In this document: positions 13,683 through 27,939 of the stretch, in pieces
Position numbering within the stretch: the stretch's first letter is position 1
How the letters are laid out: every line of letters begins with the position of its first letter
From: Adineta vaga
Taxonomy: Eukaryota; Animalia; Rotifera
Reading direction: 5' to 3'
NCBI GenBank assembly: GCA_021613535.1
Contig: CP075492.1
Span: 17,422,001 to 17,486,000 of the forward strand
Length of the DNA stretch: 64,000 nucleotides
Made by a program: the position numbers and the translations under genes
The notes under the pieces: generated by a model
The model's database searches: none
What the model was told of the DNA's origin: nothing
What the model saw: the letters and a program-made list of their open reading frames with translations, nothing else

Positions 13683-14927
13683 GTTAATTATTTTCAGTTT
13701 CTCTTATATTCTGATTGTTCTTCAAAAATGAATGATAGAATTAGAAATACTGGGGAAAAAAAGAACTTTAAGTTACGATGGAATGAAGATATAAAAAAAG
13801 AGATGATTATATACATCTCTGGCCAAAAATATAAGAACAAGCACGTTATTTTTCTTTTTCTTCTTTCCTTTTTGGATTGATATATGTCTATGAACATATA
13901 TGCGCATTCAAGCATAGTCTATACAAATATCAATTCAGAATTTCTACTTCGTTATTTATTTTAATAAAAAAGAGAAAAACAAAAATAAACTACTTGTTCT
14001 TATATATTTCGACAGCATTGTATTTTTATTTAATGTAGAGAATTTCCAAAAACATGTTTTCAGTAATTCTATATTTGGCTATTTATTTTTTGAAATGCGC
14101 AAAATATCATTTCTCCAACCATAGAAGAAACACAAGGATAATTTGACCTTCGGCAAATCTTCAAACAACATTGACAAAAAGATCATAGATAGAAATTAGT
14201 CGTTCTCCCGAATAAAAAGGAAAAAAAATTCATAATTGCATTGACATGTTTAATTTTACCAAGAAACATGTTCTGATGCATATAACTAATAAACCAGTCC
14301 TCATATTTTCTTAAGATTTTCATAGTAAAACCTTCAAAATCCCGAAAATTGTTCAAAATATTTTCAATATTGAAAATTGTTGAAAAAATTGATGGTGGGT
14401 GTGTCTATTCATCGTGCACCCTCACCCACACCCACCCACCCTCAAGATGGTAACGGGATACTGGATATTCCAAGTACTATATATATATATATACGATGAG
14501 GAATATGCAGGATCGTGTCTTCTTTCTTCTTCGATGAATTTTAATTCCTTAAAATACAATAATCTATAAAGAAACATTAAATTTTCGTGATAAATCGAAT
14601 AGACGTAGTGCAGTCAATGCTTTTCCCTAATCTTTGATGAATATCAATACGAGTAAATGAATCTACATAATCATCAATTTCTCCTAACTTACTTTCAATT
14701 AATTGAATATACAACGATTTTGTTTCTCTCGTTTAGAAAGAAAAAAATTTTTATCGTTCTTTTTTTTTCTTCATTGAGAGAAGAAGAACATATTCATTGT
14801 ACAACATAGAAGAAAAGGTGGAGGTAAGTAAAAAGTATACACTATATTTTTAATATTCAATTGACTTATCATCAAATGTCTTTATTTTTAGATTTCGATT
14901 TCAATCAATTTGTGAAACAAAGACAAA

Positions 14928-15429
14928 ATGAATGGTAAATTATTTCATTAATCGAAAAATGAATCTTTTCTATAGAAGATTGTTTTTGTATAAGATACTA
15001 CGTATATTATCCTATAACTATTCTCAATGAATTTTACTCTCAATAGTCGTTTACATGTTTAAAGTAATATTAATCGTTGAGATTCATTTCAGAATTATCG
15101 AGTCGATAGTCTTTATATACGTGTATATTCGAATCTAGATAATTATCGATTATCATTTAGAAACACCTGTACATACAAGTCTATTGTACGATGGACCTCA
15201 TACACAAGGCCGTAAGAGTCGTTATTCTCTTCTTATGATTCTAATACCTGGTATTATTGGTATTGCTTCTCTTATCGCTGCAATTGTTCTAACTATTGTT
15301 GGAAGTGTTGGACTTCGAAATTATGGTTTTAATAATGGTCCTCTTATTGCTGGTATTGTTTTATTTGGTGTTGGCATTGTTTTTAGTATTACTAGTTGTG
15401 CAGCAGCTGGTTCAAATAAAAAAACCTAA
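14928..15429 (+). CDS. Small two-TM membrane protein (about 90 aa), 2 coding exons
   Basis: ATGAATG|gt (intron 14935-15160) ag|AAACACCT gives MNETPVHTSLLYDGP.., followed by two hydrophobic helices. Confidence 0.6.
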
Positions 15430-16381
15430 AAAAATTAGATCGAAAATATATCATATATTTATGGAATTGACAAGGTTCAAATTCATCCTTGATTATCGTG
15501 AGAAACCTTCATTAAATCGTTATATATTAAAATTGTTCATTCAAATTACGTAACATATACATTTTCTTTCTATGGTATCACAAGGTGATGTGAAAGAATA
15601 AAATAATTATATAACTTTTTATAACTGTTACATCACGACACATACATATAACATTTTTTCTATATGTATATGCAAAAAAGAAAAAAAACCTCATTATAAT
15701 ATTGAGCAACGTCTCTCTCTCTCTCTTTCTTTCTTTGAAAGAAACATTTCATTTTTATTACTCTCTTGTGTAAGAGAATAGATTCAATGAATTGAACATT
15801 TTTTTTCATTCCAAGGACACAGAATATATTTTTATACGTTTTTCTTTCTTTCCTCTGATTGATTTCTAAAACAATGATAAATTCTTGCAGGTTCATATAA
15901 TGAACAAGACATGATGATGTAGATGGGATTGATGTGTAAATGTGCTACGCTCACCCTCGCCGTTACTCACCTTGATCGCAGAAATTATGTAATATCGAAA
16001 TCGGTCTGAACTTAGACGATAGATTGAAATGAATATGAGCTAGAGGTGGAGTCAAGTGGTAGCACAAATCCAAATAGATCACTAAAAGTTTTTAAACAAA
16101 ATTACTTTTTTCTTATCATCGAAACACATTCGGCTTGAATTATTTGATCTTTTATTTATTGTTATTCAGCAACTGTTAGTAGTTATGTTTTCTACACTGT
16201 TAAAAATGATGCAATGATCGAAGGAGTCGATTCTAACTAAAACATACTAACCCTCACCTACACCCTCTCTACTACAGAATATTTTATTAATGCAGCGAAA
16301 AAAGAAAAGAAATAAAACACAATCTGTGTATACAAATGTCTGAGTTTGTTTTGAAATAGTTAAGTATCGGTTAATGTATCA

Positions 16382-16681
16382 CTATTGATTATAAACTACT
16401 TCATCTGCTGTCATCAGATATCCATTTGAACCTCCTTGCATCCCACCTCCGTAACTACCACCATAACCTCCCATAGCTCCCGAATCAAACTGTGGTGAGA
16501 ATGGAAGAAAGATGTTTCTTATACGGCTTAAACTGAATCCTCTTGAACCTCCATATGCACCATCATGAATTCCATTGGAGCCTTCATTTTCATACGCATG
16601 TTCATACACTCTAGCTACTTCACGGCCATGAGCTCGAAGTCTTCTATCTCTTCCCCATTGTTCCATACCAGGTTGAGACAT
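16382..16681 (-). CDS. Small Gly/Tyr-rich protein
   Basis: GC-richer ORF MSQPGMEQ..GGYGGSYGGGMQGG, with a TATA-like sequence upstream. Confidence 0.55.
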   Translation of the reverse strand: MSQPGMEQWGRDRRLRAHGREVARVYEHAYENEGSNGIHDGAYGGSRGFSLSRIRNIFLPFSPQFDSGAMGGYGGSYGGGMQGGSNGYLMTADEVVYNQ

Positions 16682-17279
16682 TTTACTTGTCACTACGTTT
16701 GCAAATAATACTTATATATGTTGTATTGTGAAGTTGTTACTTCGATGTCTGAAACGATTGTGTAATGATTGCACAGTTAGAAACTAACGATATATTTATA
16801 TATGACTACTCACGTGCCTATTCGAGAGAGAGAGTTACCTAGATTCATTTTCTATCATTTATATGGAACCTAGAGAAATATTCTTGTTTAAGTACATAGT
16901 TTGTCTTTTCAGTGCCTGGAAATCATATAACTAAACATTTTCTAGTGAAGAAAAGTAAAGTGCGCCGTTTGAAAATTACAAAATTGTATTACACAATTAT
17001 GTCTGGAACTGAAACAAAAAAGCATGTTATTAGATATGTTTTCATTAATTCAAACAAGACAGCAAGAACAAGAACGCAAAATACACTCATATCAATACAT
17101 TTCTTTTATATATAAGCGTATATTTTTCTCATGGTGATCAACATTACACTTGTTTTTGATCGGTACATTTGAAAAATGTCTCAAAAAAATGAAATCACAT
17201 ACACACACATACCCTTCTCTTCTGTTTCGTACTCGCAGAAGAAAAGAAAATCATTCTTGAACATCTATGAAGATTTAGT

Positions 17280-17920
17280 TTATTTGTGGAAATATTTTTT
17301 TGTTTAAATCGTTGCAATAATTTAATAATAAGAGTAGCCGGTACTCAACAAATAATAACTAATCCACCATAAAGTGAAATAAGAGTTGTTATTCCTAATA
17401 TAAGATTCTTTTCATCAATATATGAATAAACACATTGTTGATCATATAAACAATGAAGTGTTGATTGTAAAAGAGCTTCAATAAGATAACAACCAGTCAT
17501 TATATTATTGGATGATTGAATACATTTTGATGACAATGCACATTGACAATATATTCGATATTATTTGGTTCATAGGAAACAGATGAATAATAAGAATATA
17601 AAATCCAATCATCTGAACAAATTTGTGTTCATAGTTAAAAATTGTTTATATTTAATTGACATTTTTGAACAAGAACATTGTAATGAATTCGAATACTGTT
17701 GAAATAAATGTTTATAAATTATTAATGATGGTTTTTTCACTACGATAATAATTGTTTGAGAAGTAAAGGCAAAAAACATATAGAAAATATGTAATCGACG
17801 AATTAATTGTAATTCAGTATTACAAGGAAATAATCTTTTGAGAGAATTAAAATGAAATTTTTCAAGAAAATGAAGACCAATTAAAATAATTAATTTCAAT
17901 CCAAGTGATATTCCACCGAA
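17280..17920 (-). pseudogene. Heavily deleted remnant of a large multi-TM Cys-containing protein
   Basis: Disjoint motifs KKPSL..YSNSLQCSCS, GCYLIEALLQSTLHCLYDQQC and TTLISLYGGL, separated by frameshifts. Confidence 0.5.
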
Positions 17921-18269
17921 AAGGGTGTGGGTGTGGGTGCAATGCAAAGTGTTATCCACACCCACACCCACGTGATCCTTTTTTCAACCAAAACTTATTT
18001 TCTATTAAATCTAAAGGTGAAAAAATAATTTTTTTTGAATACAAAAAAAAAGTTAAGATAATGAATTGTCATAAGTCCTCCTAACCTTTCATTTTTCCTT
18101 TCACAGATTAGTTTCAAGGTTCTTCATCATCGTCCTGTAAGTTCATAAACAATATTTTAAGATTAAGCACTTCTGTCAAACAGGGAATTAAAAAAAAAAG
18201 TCGTATTGTTTTCGTTTGGTTTTAAGCATTCCTAATACAAACACTTTGAATTATATCAGGAAACAAAAA

Positions 18270-19298
18270 ATGACGTCTGCTGAAGAACTAAACAAAATTG
18301 CCAGCAATATTGTATTATATGTAACATCGATCTGTTTCGTATTAGGTATATTTGGTCATTGTTTAAATATTATTCTTTTAACTCGACCAGTTTTTCGAAA
18401 GAATTCTTGTACAACTTGTTTTCTTGCATCAACATTCGCTAATTTAATAATAACTCTTGTTAATAGTTCAACAACTATTAATAAATATGTAATTGGCTTT
18501 GATTTACTTGCATCAAATATAATTCTATGCAAATTCTTACGTTACACATTTTGGATGATGCGTTCATTATCTATTTGGTTCATTGTTTTAGCCAATATTG
18601 ATCGATATTTAAATAGTTCTTCTCAATTTCAACGACGTTCATTAAGTTCAATGAAAAATATCACATGATCAATTGTCTTAATTACTATTTGTATTATGAT
18701 TATATATATTCATATGGTAATTTATTATGATTTATATTATATAATTGGTAAAAAGGGTGAAATCATATCAGCATGCAATCCACAACCGGGTTTCTATGCT
18801 GTTTTTTCTGCATTTTTACATCTAATTATGTATAGTTGTTTACCCGTTATATTAATGTTTAGTTTTGGATTATTAACTTTAATTAATATTAATAAACAAC
18901 GACGCTTAATACGTCCAATGAATATGAATAGTGTTAAAAGAAAACAAACAATTCGATTAAATAATCAACTTTTGAAAATGTTACTTGTTCAAGTATTAAT
19001 AATTGCAATTGTAACATTACCATTAACAGCACAAAAAATTTTTCAATCACTTACCGAAAATTCAAATAGAAATTCATATGAACAAGCTCAAGCAAATTTA
19101 TTTATACAAATAACACAATCATTTTCTTTTCTAGTACATTCCGTTAGTTTTTATTTATTTACTTTATCCGGGAAAATATTTCGACATGAATTAAAACTTT
19201 TATTCGTTCGATTAATTCGACGATTTTCTTCTTTCGAAAGAAATAATAGATTAATAACAATCGAATTAATGCAAAGAACTGGTACTCAAACTAAATAA
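18270..19298 (+). CDS. Rhodopsin-like 7TM GPCR with an in-frame TGA at 18666-18668; probable pseudogene
   Basis: The two ORFs share a frame across a single TGA. Motifs GIFGHCLN, NIDRY and FYLFTLSGKIFR. Confidence 0.85.
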
Positions 19299-19575
19299 TA
19301 ACTTCTCACAAGATTTCTAATTCTTCTATTCGATCAAAATAAAATTTCATGTTTTATAGATCATTTCAGTTATTTCTTTAGAACATTCACTTTCTGCAAG
19401 AACAAAGATTAATGTATAAGGAAATGACATACTTTATCGCAAACTTCTTTAATGTATCTGATAAGAGTCATGCTTATATGCCGTATAGTAGCTTAAGCTA
19501 TGCATTACAAATGAAAAAAGTTCTATTTATATATGCAGTTAACATAGAGAAGTTATATATGACGAAAGAATTAAA

Positions 19576-19696
19576 ATGAGCAATTCATCTAGTAAAATAG
19601 ATTATCTAAATTTTGTATCTCGAACCACTATAGGATATGGTGGTTTAATCATTCTTGTTCTTGGTACAATTGGTAATTCTATTAATATGGTCACAT
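19576..19696 (+). pseudogene. GPCR 5' fragment (TM1 only)
   Basis: MSNSSSKIDYLNFVSRTTIGYGGLIILVLGTIGNSINMVT stops abruptly at GGGGTGTGGG. Confidence 0.7.
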
Positions 19697-19755
19697 GGGG
19701 GTGTGGGTGTGGGGTTGTGTTAGGGTCTCTTGTTAACCAACATTCACACCCTCAA
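19696..19755. repeat. Inverted telomere-motif palindrome at the junction of two truncated genes
   Basis: GGGGTGTGGGTGTGGGG..CATTCACACCCTCAA. Confidence 0.8.
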
Positions 19756-21575
19756 GATCTTGAACATCCGATATCGTGATGATCAATATTTAACACCACA
19801 AGTCTTCAACAATACAAAAGATGCATGAATATTTGATAGAATTTGTTTCTTAAATGCAGCTTACCGTGTTTACTTGTACAATATTGGTTATATACTCTAC
19901 TCCTTGTTCTCTGATACAATTATGCCGAAGATCTAGTATTTCTAATGTCTAAACAACGAAGAGGGATAAATAGAATGAGTATTATGAAAAACTAAATAAA
20001 GATTACCGTATTGATTTGTAGAGCATCAATCAAATGCTTTACTTTCTCATCGTCCAGAAAATTGTATGAGAGATCTAATATTTTTAAGGTCTAAAGAAGA
20101 TAATGCTCTGAGGAGATACGAAGGTTAAAAACTGAATGATTAATACCGTATTTAGTCGCAAAGCATCAGCTAGTTTTTGTGTCACTTCATCTTCTAAAAA
20201 GTTATTCGAAAGATCTAGTGTCATTAGTGTCTACAGCAGAAAGTATTCTAAATAAATAAGAAAAATGGGAAACTGAATGAATTTTACTTTGTTGATTCGT
20301 AAAGCATCAGGCAAGTATTGTGCTGTGATTAAATTGTTTGCGAGATATAGCACCGTGAGTGTCTGAAGAAGAGTATGCTACGAATAAATTAGAAAGTAGA
20401 AGATTGAATAAAAACTACCGTGTTCACTCGTAAAACGTCAGCTAAGTGTTGTTCTCCTTTGTCTTCAATTAAATTGCTCGAAAGATGTAGCGTAGTGAGT
20501 GTCTATAGGAGATATAGTGTTCTGTATAAAGAAAAAAGTTAAAGAGTGAATAAATATACTGTGTTCACTCGTAGAGCATCAGCTAAGTACGCTGCTCCGT
20601 AGTTGTCGATTTTATTCCAACTCAGATTTAGAATCTTAAGTGTCTAAAAGAATAAAGTGTTCGGAATAGATAGACAAATAGAATAAGACTGAATAAAGGC
20701 TACTGTGTTCACTCGTAAAACATCAGCCAAGTATTGTTCTCCTCGTCCCCAGATCAAAATTCTCGAGAGATGTAGCGTGGTGAGTGTCTAAAGAAGAGCG
20801 CTATTAATAAGTTCGGTAGTAGAAAACTAAATTAAGATTACCTTGTTCACTTGTAGAGCATCAGCCAAGTAGTTTGCAGCTTGTTCTCCTAAAAGATTCC
20901 ACTTTGAATCTAATGAGATAAGTATCTAAAGAAAAGAGTGTTATGAATGGATTACAAAATAGAAGATTATATTAAGATTACATCGTGTCGTCGTAGTTCA
21001 TCAGCCAAGAGCTCCTCTTCGTTTTCCCCAGAAGAGTTACTGGAGAGATGTAGCGTAGTTAGTGTCTTAAAAAAGACGGTGCTACGAATATACAGATATT
21101 GAAGTAAAAGACCGAATCAATATTACTGTGTTGAACCGTAGAGCGTTAGCTAATTGCCATATACGATAATCATTGATTTTATATTGTCCCAGATGTAGTT
21201 TGGTTAGTGTCTATTGTGCATAGAGTGGGATCTTTTCTAATGAGTTTATCAATTATTGGTAAATTAAGAGTCTGAACGCGATCTTATATAAAATGTACAA
21301 GCGATAAGAGGAGAATTCAGCTTTCATAAAACAAAAAGGAAATCTCAAGTTGTCATAAAAGAGTTTTTACGCTATGTCGATAAGATTGTAAACGCATTTA
21401 ATTGTATGAAATTTTTTCATTAGATTTACAGATCTACCTGATATCGTTGATAGCTATTCAGAATTTGATTGAATCGATGACAAACATTTTGTATTGAACA
21501 AACAAGACTAAACTCATCCAGATGATCGAGAATTCTGTAAACGAATTCGACCGGTAATATAATGAATGAAGACAT
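19750..21575 (-). CDS. F-box plus RI-like/NLRC3-like LRR protein with 10 LRR exons of about 84 bp; 3' end degenerate or truncated
   Basis: F-box LPVEFVYRILDHLD. Phase-0 exons such as TLKILNLSWNKIDNYGAAYLADALRVNT, each flanked by ag/gt. One exon is 75 bp. Confidence 0.85.
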
Positions 21576-22999
21576 TGTTATACGAAGTGACTGATAAAAG
21601 AAATCCAGATGAAAATATACCGATAACGAAAACGACTTTATGGCGTTATTTGCATAAAATAAATGGTATGGAGAAAATAAAAATTTAATTGACATCCACA
21701 TATATCTTTTTACACAAAATTATTATTTTATTTCATAATAATACATTGAGAATTTGACACTAAAATCAATTATGATCGAATTGAATGCAATATCTTACAG
21801 CATAAATAGATCAACACCCTCAACGAAGCACGTGGTAGAAAAGAAGAAAACATAAACATTACATTGGTGTCTTCACATTCATCTTTATCAAAGAAATGAA
21901 AAGAATACGAAATATTTTGTATACAATAAATTCCCATCTTGAACATCCATCAAATCGTTTTAATGCATTTCAAAAGTGTCAACCAAATTCATCATTAATC
22001 GATCAAATAAACCAATATGCTTTTTCAATGCCTACACATCATTCACAACTTATTTCTTCTTATGATTTAAAGATACCATATGATATTAAAGATCTACAAC
22101 ATGAATGGAATCAATATTATTTAAAATTATTTTATTGTACAAATTACAGTTCCCTTGAACGAGTATTGAATGACGTTCGACCGTATTTTTCCGGTAATCT
22201 ATGTAATCAAGATAATGTTCGAAAAGTCGAAAATCGTGTTTTTATTCCAGGAATTGGTGATAAATTTCATGCTCTTCGATATGCCTATTTAGGATACGAT
22301 GTACTTGCTAGTGACATATCAACTGTTGCAATAGAACGTCAAAAAAAAATTAATCAAAGTTTACCGATGTCATTTATTCATTATTTGTATTACAGAAAAC
22401 ACAAGACTGATTATATATATGTCACAGTTGACATGAGAATTTCAGTTGAGATTGGAATGCGCGAAAAAAAAATAGAAAAACAAAATAAAACAGAGAAATA
22501 AAAAAAGAGATAAATACAATCGAAATAAAATCATAGATAATAGATTTCAAAAAAAAAAAGAAAGAAAAAAAAATTCTTTTTTTCCACCATATTGCTTCTA
22601 TTATTGAACAAAATAAAAATCAATAGAAAATTATCAGTAAAAATCGTTTTAAATAATGCATTCAGTTTACGTTATCATAAACTAATAAAAAGGATTCTTT
22701 TATACATTTCTTCCCAATATTTCATAATTCATCTTTTAATAATGCCTTTGAAATCAAATTCTACGTACATATAAATAAATTAAATTATAAGAAAATTGTA
22801 TTTCAATGTATCCCTATGTTAATATTCATTGAATAAGCATAATCCTATTTTTTTCCTGCTCAAATTAAAAACTCATTTATTGAAAAGCAATATAAACACA
22901 GCTCACTATGACAACATTAATTAACTTAGAAACTACATACATCATTTACTATGTCTTTGTTTTTTCTCTTTTTCTTCTTAATTTATTGAATTCAATTTC

Positions 23000-24988
23000 A
23001 TGGAAATATTTATTTCGAAACTGAAATCATATATCGATAATCTTGATGAAAAAAAAAGAGAAAAATATACAATCAACAATGATATGTATTATAATATGAT
23101 GAAAGTATTAAAAAAAGAAAAAATAGACGCCTCACCAAAATTCAAATTTTGGGTGCGACATACATTTATATTAATGGAAATTGGATCAAATAATGTAATA
23201 TACAATAAAAAATCTAATTTGCCATTAATTACACAAGAAAACATCTATCAAAAAATTAAAGATTGTCACACAAACGTTGGTCATTATGGTAGAGACAAAA
23301 CATGGAGCGAGGTTCATACACTAAATTTACTTATAATTAATAAACAGAATTTTGAATAGGTCAAAAAACGATATGCTGGAATACCTCAACAAGCTGTTAT
23401 TATCTTCATCGCCATGTGCGATGCATGTCAAACTAGACGATCTTTCTATAAACCACCAGCTGGAAAACCAATAGTTTCAATTGGTTTTCTAACTAGATTT
23501 CAGGTCGATTTAATAGATATGCGAAGTACAGCATATGATGGATATAATTTTATAATGCATTGTAAAGATCATTTTACTAAATTCAGTTGGTTATTTGCAT
23601 TGAAATCGAAAGAAGCTAGTGGTGTCGCTGTTCATTTAAAAAACATATTCTATACATTTGGTCCACCTAAAATTTTACAATCCGACAATGGAAAAGAATT
23701 CGTGTAAAAAAATTATTCTATATGCTATTAAATAAATCTTTATTTAGGGCCAATGTCATTTTAAATTTAAAAAATCTATGGCCAGATTTATTAATCATTA
23801 ATGGACGTGCACGACATCCACAGAGCCAAGGTCTTGTTGAACGATCCAATGCTGTAGTTCAACAAATGTTAGGTAAATGGCTTGATGTAAATGAAACTTC
23901 TGACTGGCCAAGTGGTTTAGGTAAATGAAATTACAAGATAAAATTCTCATTTCATTCAAAAATATTTTTATTAAAAGGACCTGTGATGTTGGCAGTCAAC
24001 AACTGTATTTCACAAACAACAAAGAAAACAGCATACGAAATGGTTTTCGGTCAACCATGTAGAATTGATCATGAATTCTGGTTAGAATTACATAAAGAAT
24101 CATCGAAAAACGATTCAATTGTAAATGAAGAAGATTTACCTGAATCATTTCTCGCAAATTTAAATGCAGTTACAACATCAGTTCGTAGAAATCTAAAATT
24201 ACGTGTTCATTTTTCTTCTTTTATTTACATTTTTCTTTATTCTTTAGACCAACATCGATCATCAACAGATAATTTCTGATGAACAAACATCATCTAGATC
24301 ATCATTTCAATCTGATTTCGATGCACCTACTGAGTACATGATTTTCATTCTTTTTTTCCTATAATTCTAATTCATATGATATTCTTGATTTATAATAGAC
24401 AATCAACTGAAACAGCACATAAACGAATACGTGACGAAGCTGAAAAGCATTATATCAATACAGCAGGTACAATTAAAAGATCAATTTTATTTCATTGATA
24501 CTTGTAAAATATAATTCATATCCATTTCAGAACGACAACTAAAAATTTATGAACGTGGTTTGAAAAAACAAAAATCTTTCCAAATCAATGATATTATTGG
24601 ATTGAAAATAGCTGATGTTGACCGTTCACATACAGCACCAAGTATTTTACCTTGTAAAATTATTAAAATTATAACAAAAGATGATTCAAACAATATATTT
24701 TATAAACTCGCCACAGAAGATGGAATTATTAGTGAATTATTTCAATCATCTGATTTCATGGATTTAACACAAACTGTCTCTGCTAATTTAAGAAGAACAG
24801 ATACAAGTCAAATACCGATTGTCACATTTATTCAAGCTTGTAAAATATTTACTAAATTCAAAACAAGTAGACCATGTAAATGCGCAGGAAATTGTGATAG
24901 TAATCGTTGTCCGTGTAAGAAACGACTTATGAAATGTTGTACTAAATGTCATCGTGGTAATTCTAATACATGTAAAAACAATGTTTAA
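23000..24988 (+). CDS. Ginger/KRBA2-SCAND3-like transposase (H2C2 Zn finger, rve DDE integrase core, C-terminal Cys cluster), 7 exons
   Basis: CHTNVGHYGRDKT..CDACQ, FQVDLID, LQSDNGKEF, HPQSQGLVERSN and CKCAGNCDSNRCPCKK..CCTKCH. Six GT-AG introns give an open frame. Confidence 0.9.
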
Positions 24989-25643
24989 TTCTTTAATATC
25001 ATTCAATCATTCAAACTGTTTTTCTTAAAATAAATATTCTCGACTTTTATGAAAATCGCAGAAACCATCATTATCAGAACATAAATCATATAAATCAATT
25101 TCAGAAACAAATAAATAAAGAATCGTAGAAAAAAAGCAGTCACTGTCTTATCATGTGGTTTAGAATTCCCCACATTATTCATATCTTTTAACGCTGTTTT
25201 CAATTCATGCAATAAATCAGTTTATTAAAGAGCCATTTTTATATCTATTTATTTGATTTCATTAGTTGCTTAGATACGACATATTGAAAATAATTCCGTT
25301 TGCATCGTTAACCTCATCACATTATCATACTTAATAAATAAGAAATCTATTTGTTGACTGAAATAAATATTTCCATTGATTATTTATTTCATTCAATTCG
25401 TAACAACTCATATTTTACTTTCCGTATCATTTACAAACCTATCCTAATCTATCACTGTGAACAAAAATCGACTCATTCAATCTGATATTGCATTGTATGT
25501 AACTAATCATATCCAATAAATAAATTCGTATTAATATCATTTACTAATCAATTACAAGTATTAATACATAATTCTTAACACCCAAAAATATTTGCTCGAA
25601 ATATTTCATTTTTTTATCTTAATATTTCATTTCAGATAATCAA

Positions 25644-27328
25644 ATGAATAAGAAACATAAAAAATCTAATACAAAGGAAATTGTGAATACTGTTTCAATC
25701 GCAACGTGAATTTAACTAATCTTATTTTCATGCAACAATGATTACAATAATTTTCTTTTTTATCTAGAAATGATAATACCCTACCTATAACAACAACACA
25801 AGAACAAGAACGAGAAGAAGAAGAATATGATGAGAATGACGATCATGATAATGAGAACAATACAAATCCATCACATTCTCTTACAACAACAGGTAATTTA
25901 TTGCAAATATTCAAAACTTCTCACGTAAATGAGCAAATACATTTATTGTTGTCCTAAAAAAACATAATATAATACTTGCTATGTATATTGACATAATATT
26001 TCTAAATAATTCAGTTTGACTAAAGACAACCCAATACTACTTGAGGTAGATGTCATGTTGATAGATTTCTTTCTATCGTATTTCATTTATTTTTAGCAGT
26101 ACAACCAATTCTGATTAATATAAATGATATCACTACCGATATAAAATTCGTGTATGTCATTAATACAAATTTTTACAATTATAATGATAAAAATCAGTTC
26201 AGTTTGATTCACAAATCATTCCTAATATTTTATCTAACTTTATATTCAATCTTTATTTTCAATTTCATTCAAATTTAGATGGAAAATTCATGGATTTGTC
26301 ACTTGCATTTATCCTAAACGAACATTTACAAATTCTCATGGTGTTGGTGAAATTTCAAACTGGGATATAACCGATGAATCAGGTTCAATTACATTGGTGG
26401 CATTTAACTTAAATTCACATATAATGGCTGATAAATTGAAAATAAATCAAGTACATAATTAAGAAAGAATTTATCACCATAATCTTCTTTTTGTTAATAG
26501 GCATATGAACTGTCAAATTTAATAATCAGAAGTGCAGTTGATATGTACAAAACATTACCACATCCATTTCAATTAACTTGTACAAATGCAACATGTGTTC
26601 GTGATATTCATCCACCATTTAATATTACACAAATCACATACAATTTCACACCATTGAATCAAATAAACACTCTTCCATTGAATACAATAATTGGTGAGAT
26701 GTTTCAATATTATCACAGACATTATTCAATTATTCCAAATATAAGATAACACATTTTAATTGAACATAAATCGTCGACAATAAGAAACAAAAAAAGTTTG
26801 AGCAGATCACTAATCAATTTCGCTTTATCAATAAGAAATAAATAATACTAAATACTAGAATCTACATATTAATTAAAAATATCCCACAAAAAATCTATAT
26901 GAATAATATGATTTATAATAATAATTTTTATTTAGATGTTGAAGTACGAGTTCTACGTGATTTTGGTGTGACAACTGGTACAAAAAATGATTCAGTATGG
27001 AGTCGGCGCGATATACATGTTGATCAAGATGCTTCTCATATTGGTATGACTTTATGGAATGAACAAGTAAAGTAAAATAAATTAATCTATTACTTGAATT
27101 AATAATTATATAATCTCTCAGGCTCGATTCATAAAAAAGAGTATGATTCATCTTCGATTAAAATTTAAAAATATAAAAATATCTTGGTATGAAGGCATGT
27201 AATAAAAAAACAATTCATATTCTTCACAATATAATTATCGAATAAACGTTTTTATTTTAGGAACACGATTCTTAGTTACTCTACCAAACACACAAATGAA
27301 AGTATTTCGAAATAATTCGATAAAATAA
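25644..27328 (+). CDS. RPA70-like ssDNA-binding protein (OB folds DBD-A and DBD-B only), multi-exon
   Basis: WKIHGFVTCIYPKRTFTNSHGVGEISNWDITDESGSITLVAFN resembles RPA1 [57 protein letters not shown] resembles DBD-B. Exons include 26279-26450, 26501-26693, 26936-27066, 27122-27194 and 27261-27328. Start codon tentative. Confidence 0.8.
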
Positions 27329-27939
27329 CAAAACGTTCTCTCAACAAACAAATCGATGTAAAAGAAATCGAAATCACATTTATTTTTTTATTTTATTTTC
27401 ATCGATATTTATCGTTTCAATGGGATTTGTTTTTCAATCTATAAATATTCAATCTGATTTTCGATTCAATTATTAATTTCGATTCTCTTTTATGATAACA
27501 ATAAAGAAATAAGAAAAAACTTCTAAAGGATCTTCTGATAATAAACAAAGATAAAAAAATAAATTCAGCTCTTAATCATCAAGAGAGTTTCTCCATAAGC
27601 ATGTGATATATTGGTGTTGACACCCACATCCTCATATTGACACCGTTCGTTTATTCTGAACAAATCACGCAGACCAAATCGTCTCCTGAGAGAGATGAGA
27701 TTGTATCTTCCATGAGCAGGATATATGATACCACTCATATAAATGTAGCAATATGTTCAAGATTCTCTTAGTTTTATAGGAAATTTCTTCGATTTGCAAG
27801 AAACAGAAAATAAATATGAGATTAGAAAATTTTACCACCTTTTTCTCATTGGTTACATCAAATATTTCAAAACGGACAATAGAATCATATCATTCTACAT
27901 TCCAAAATCAAACTTAAATTCGTTACAAAAACAATATCA

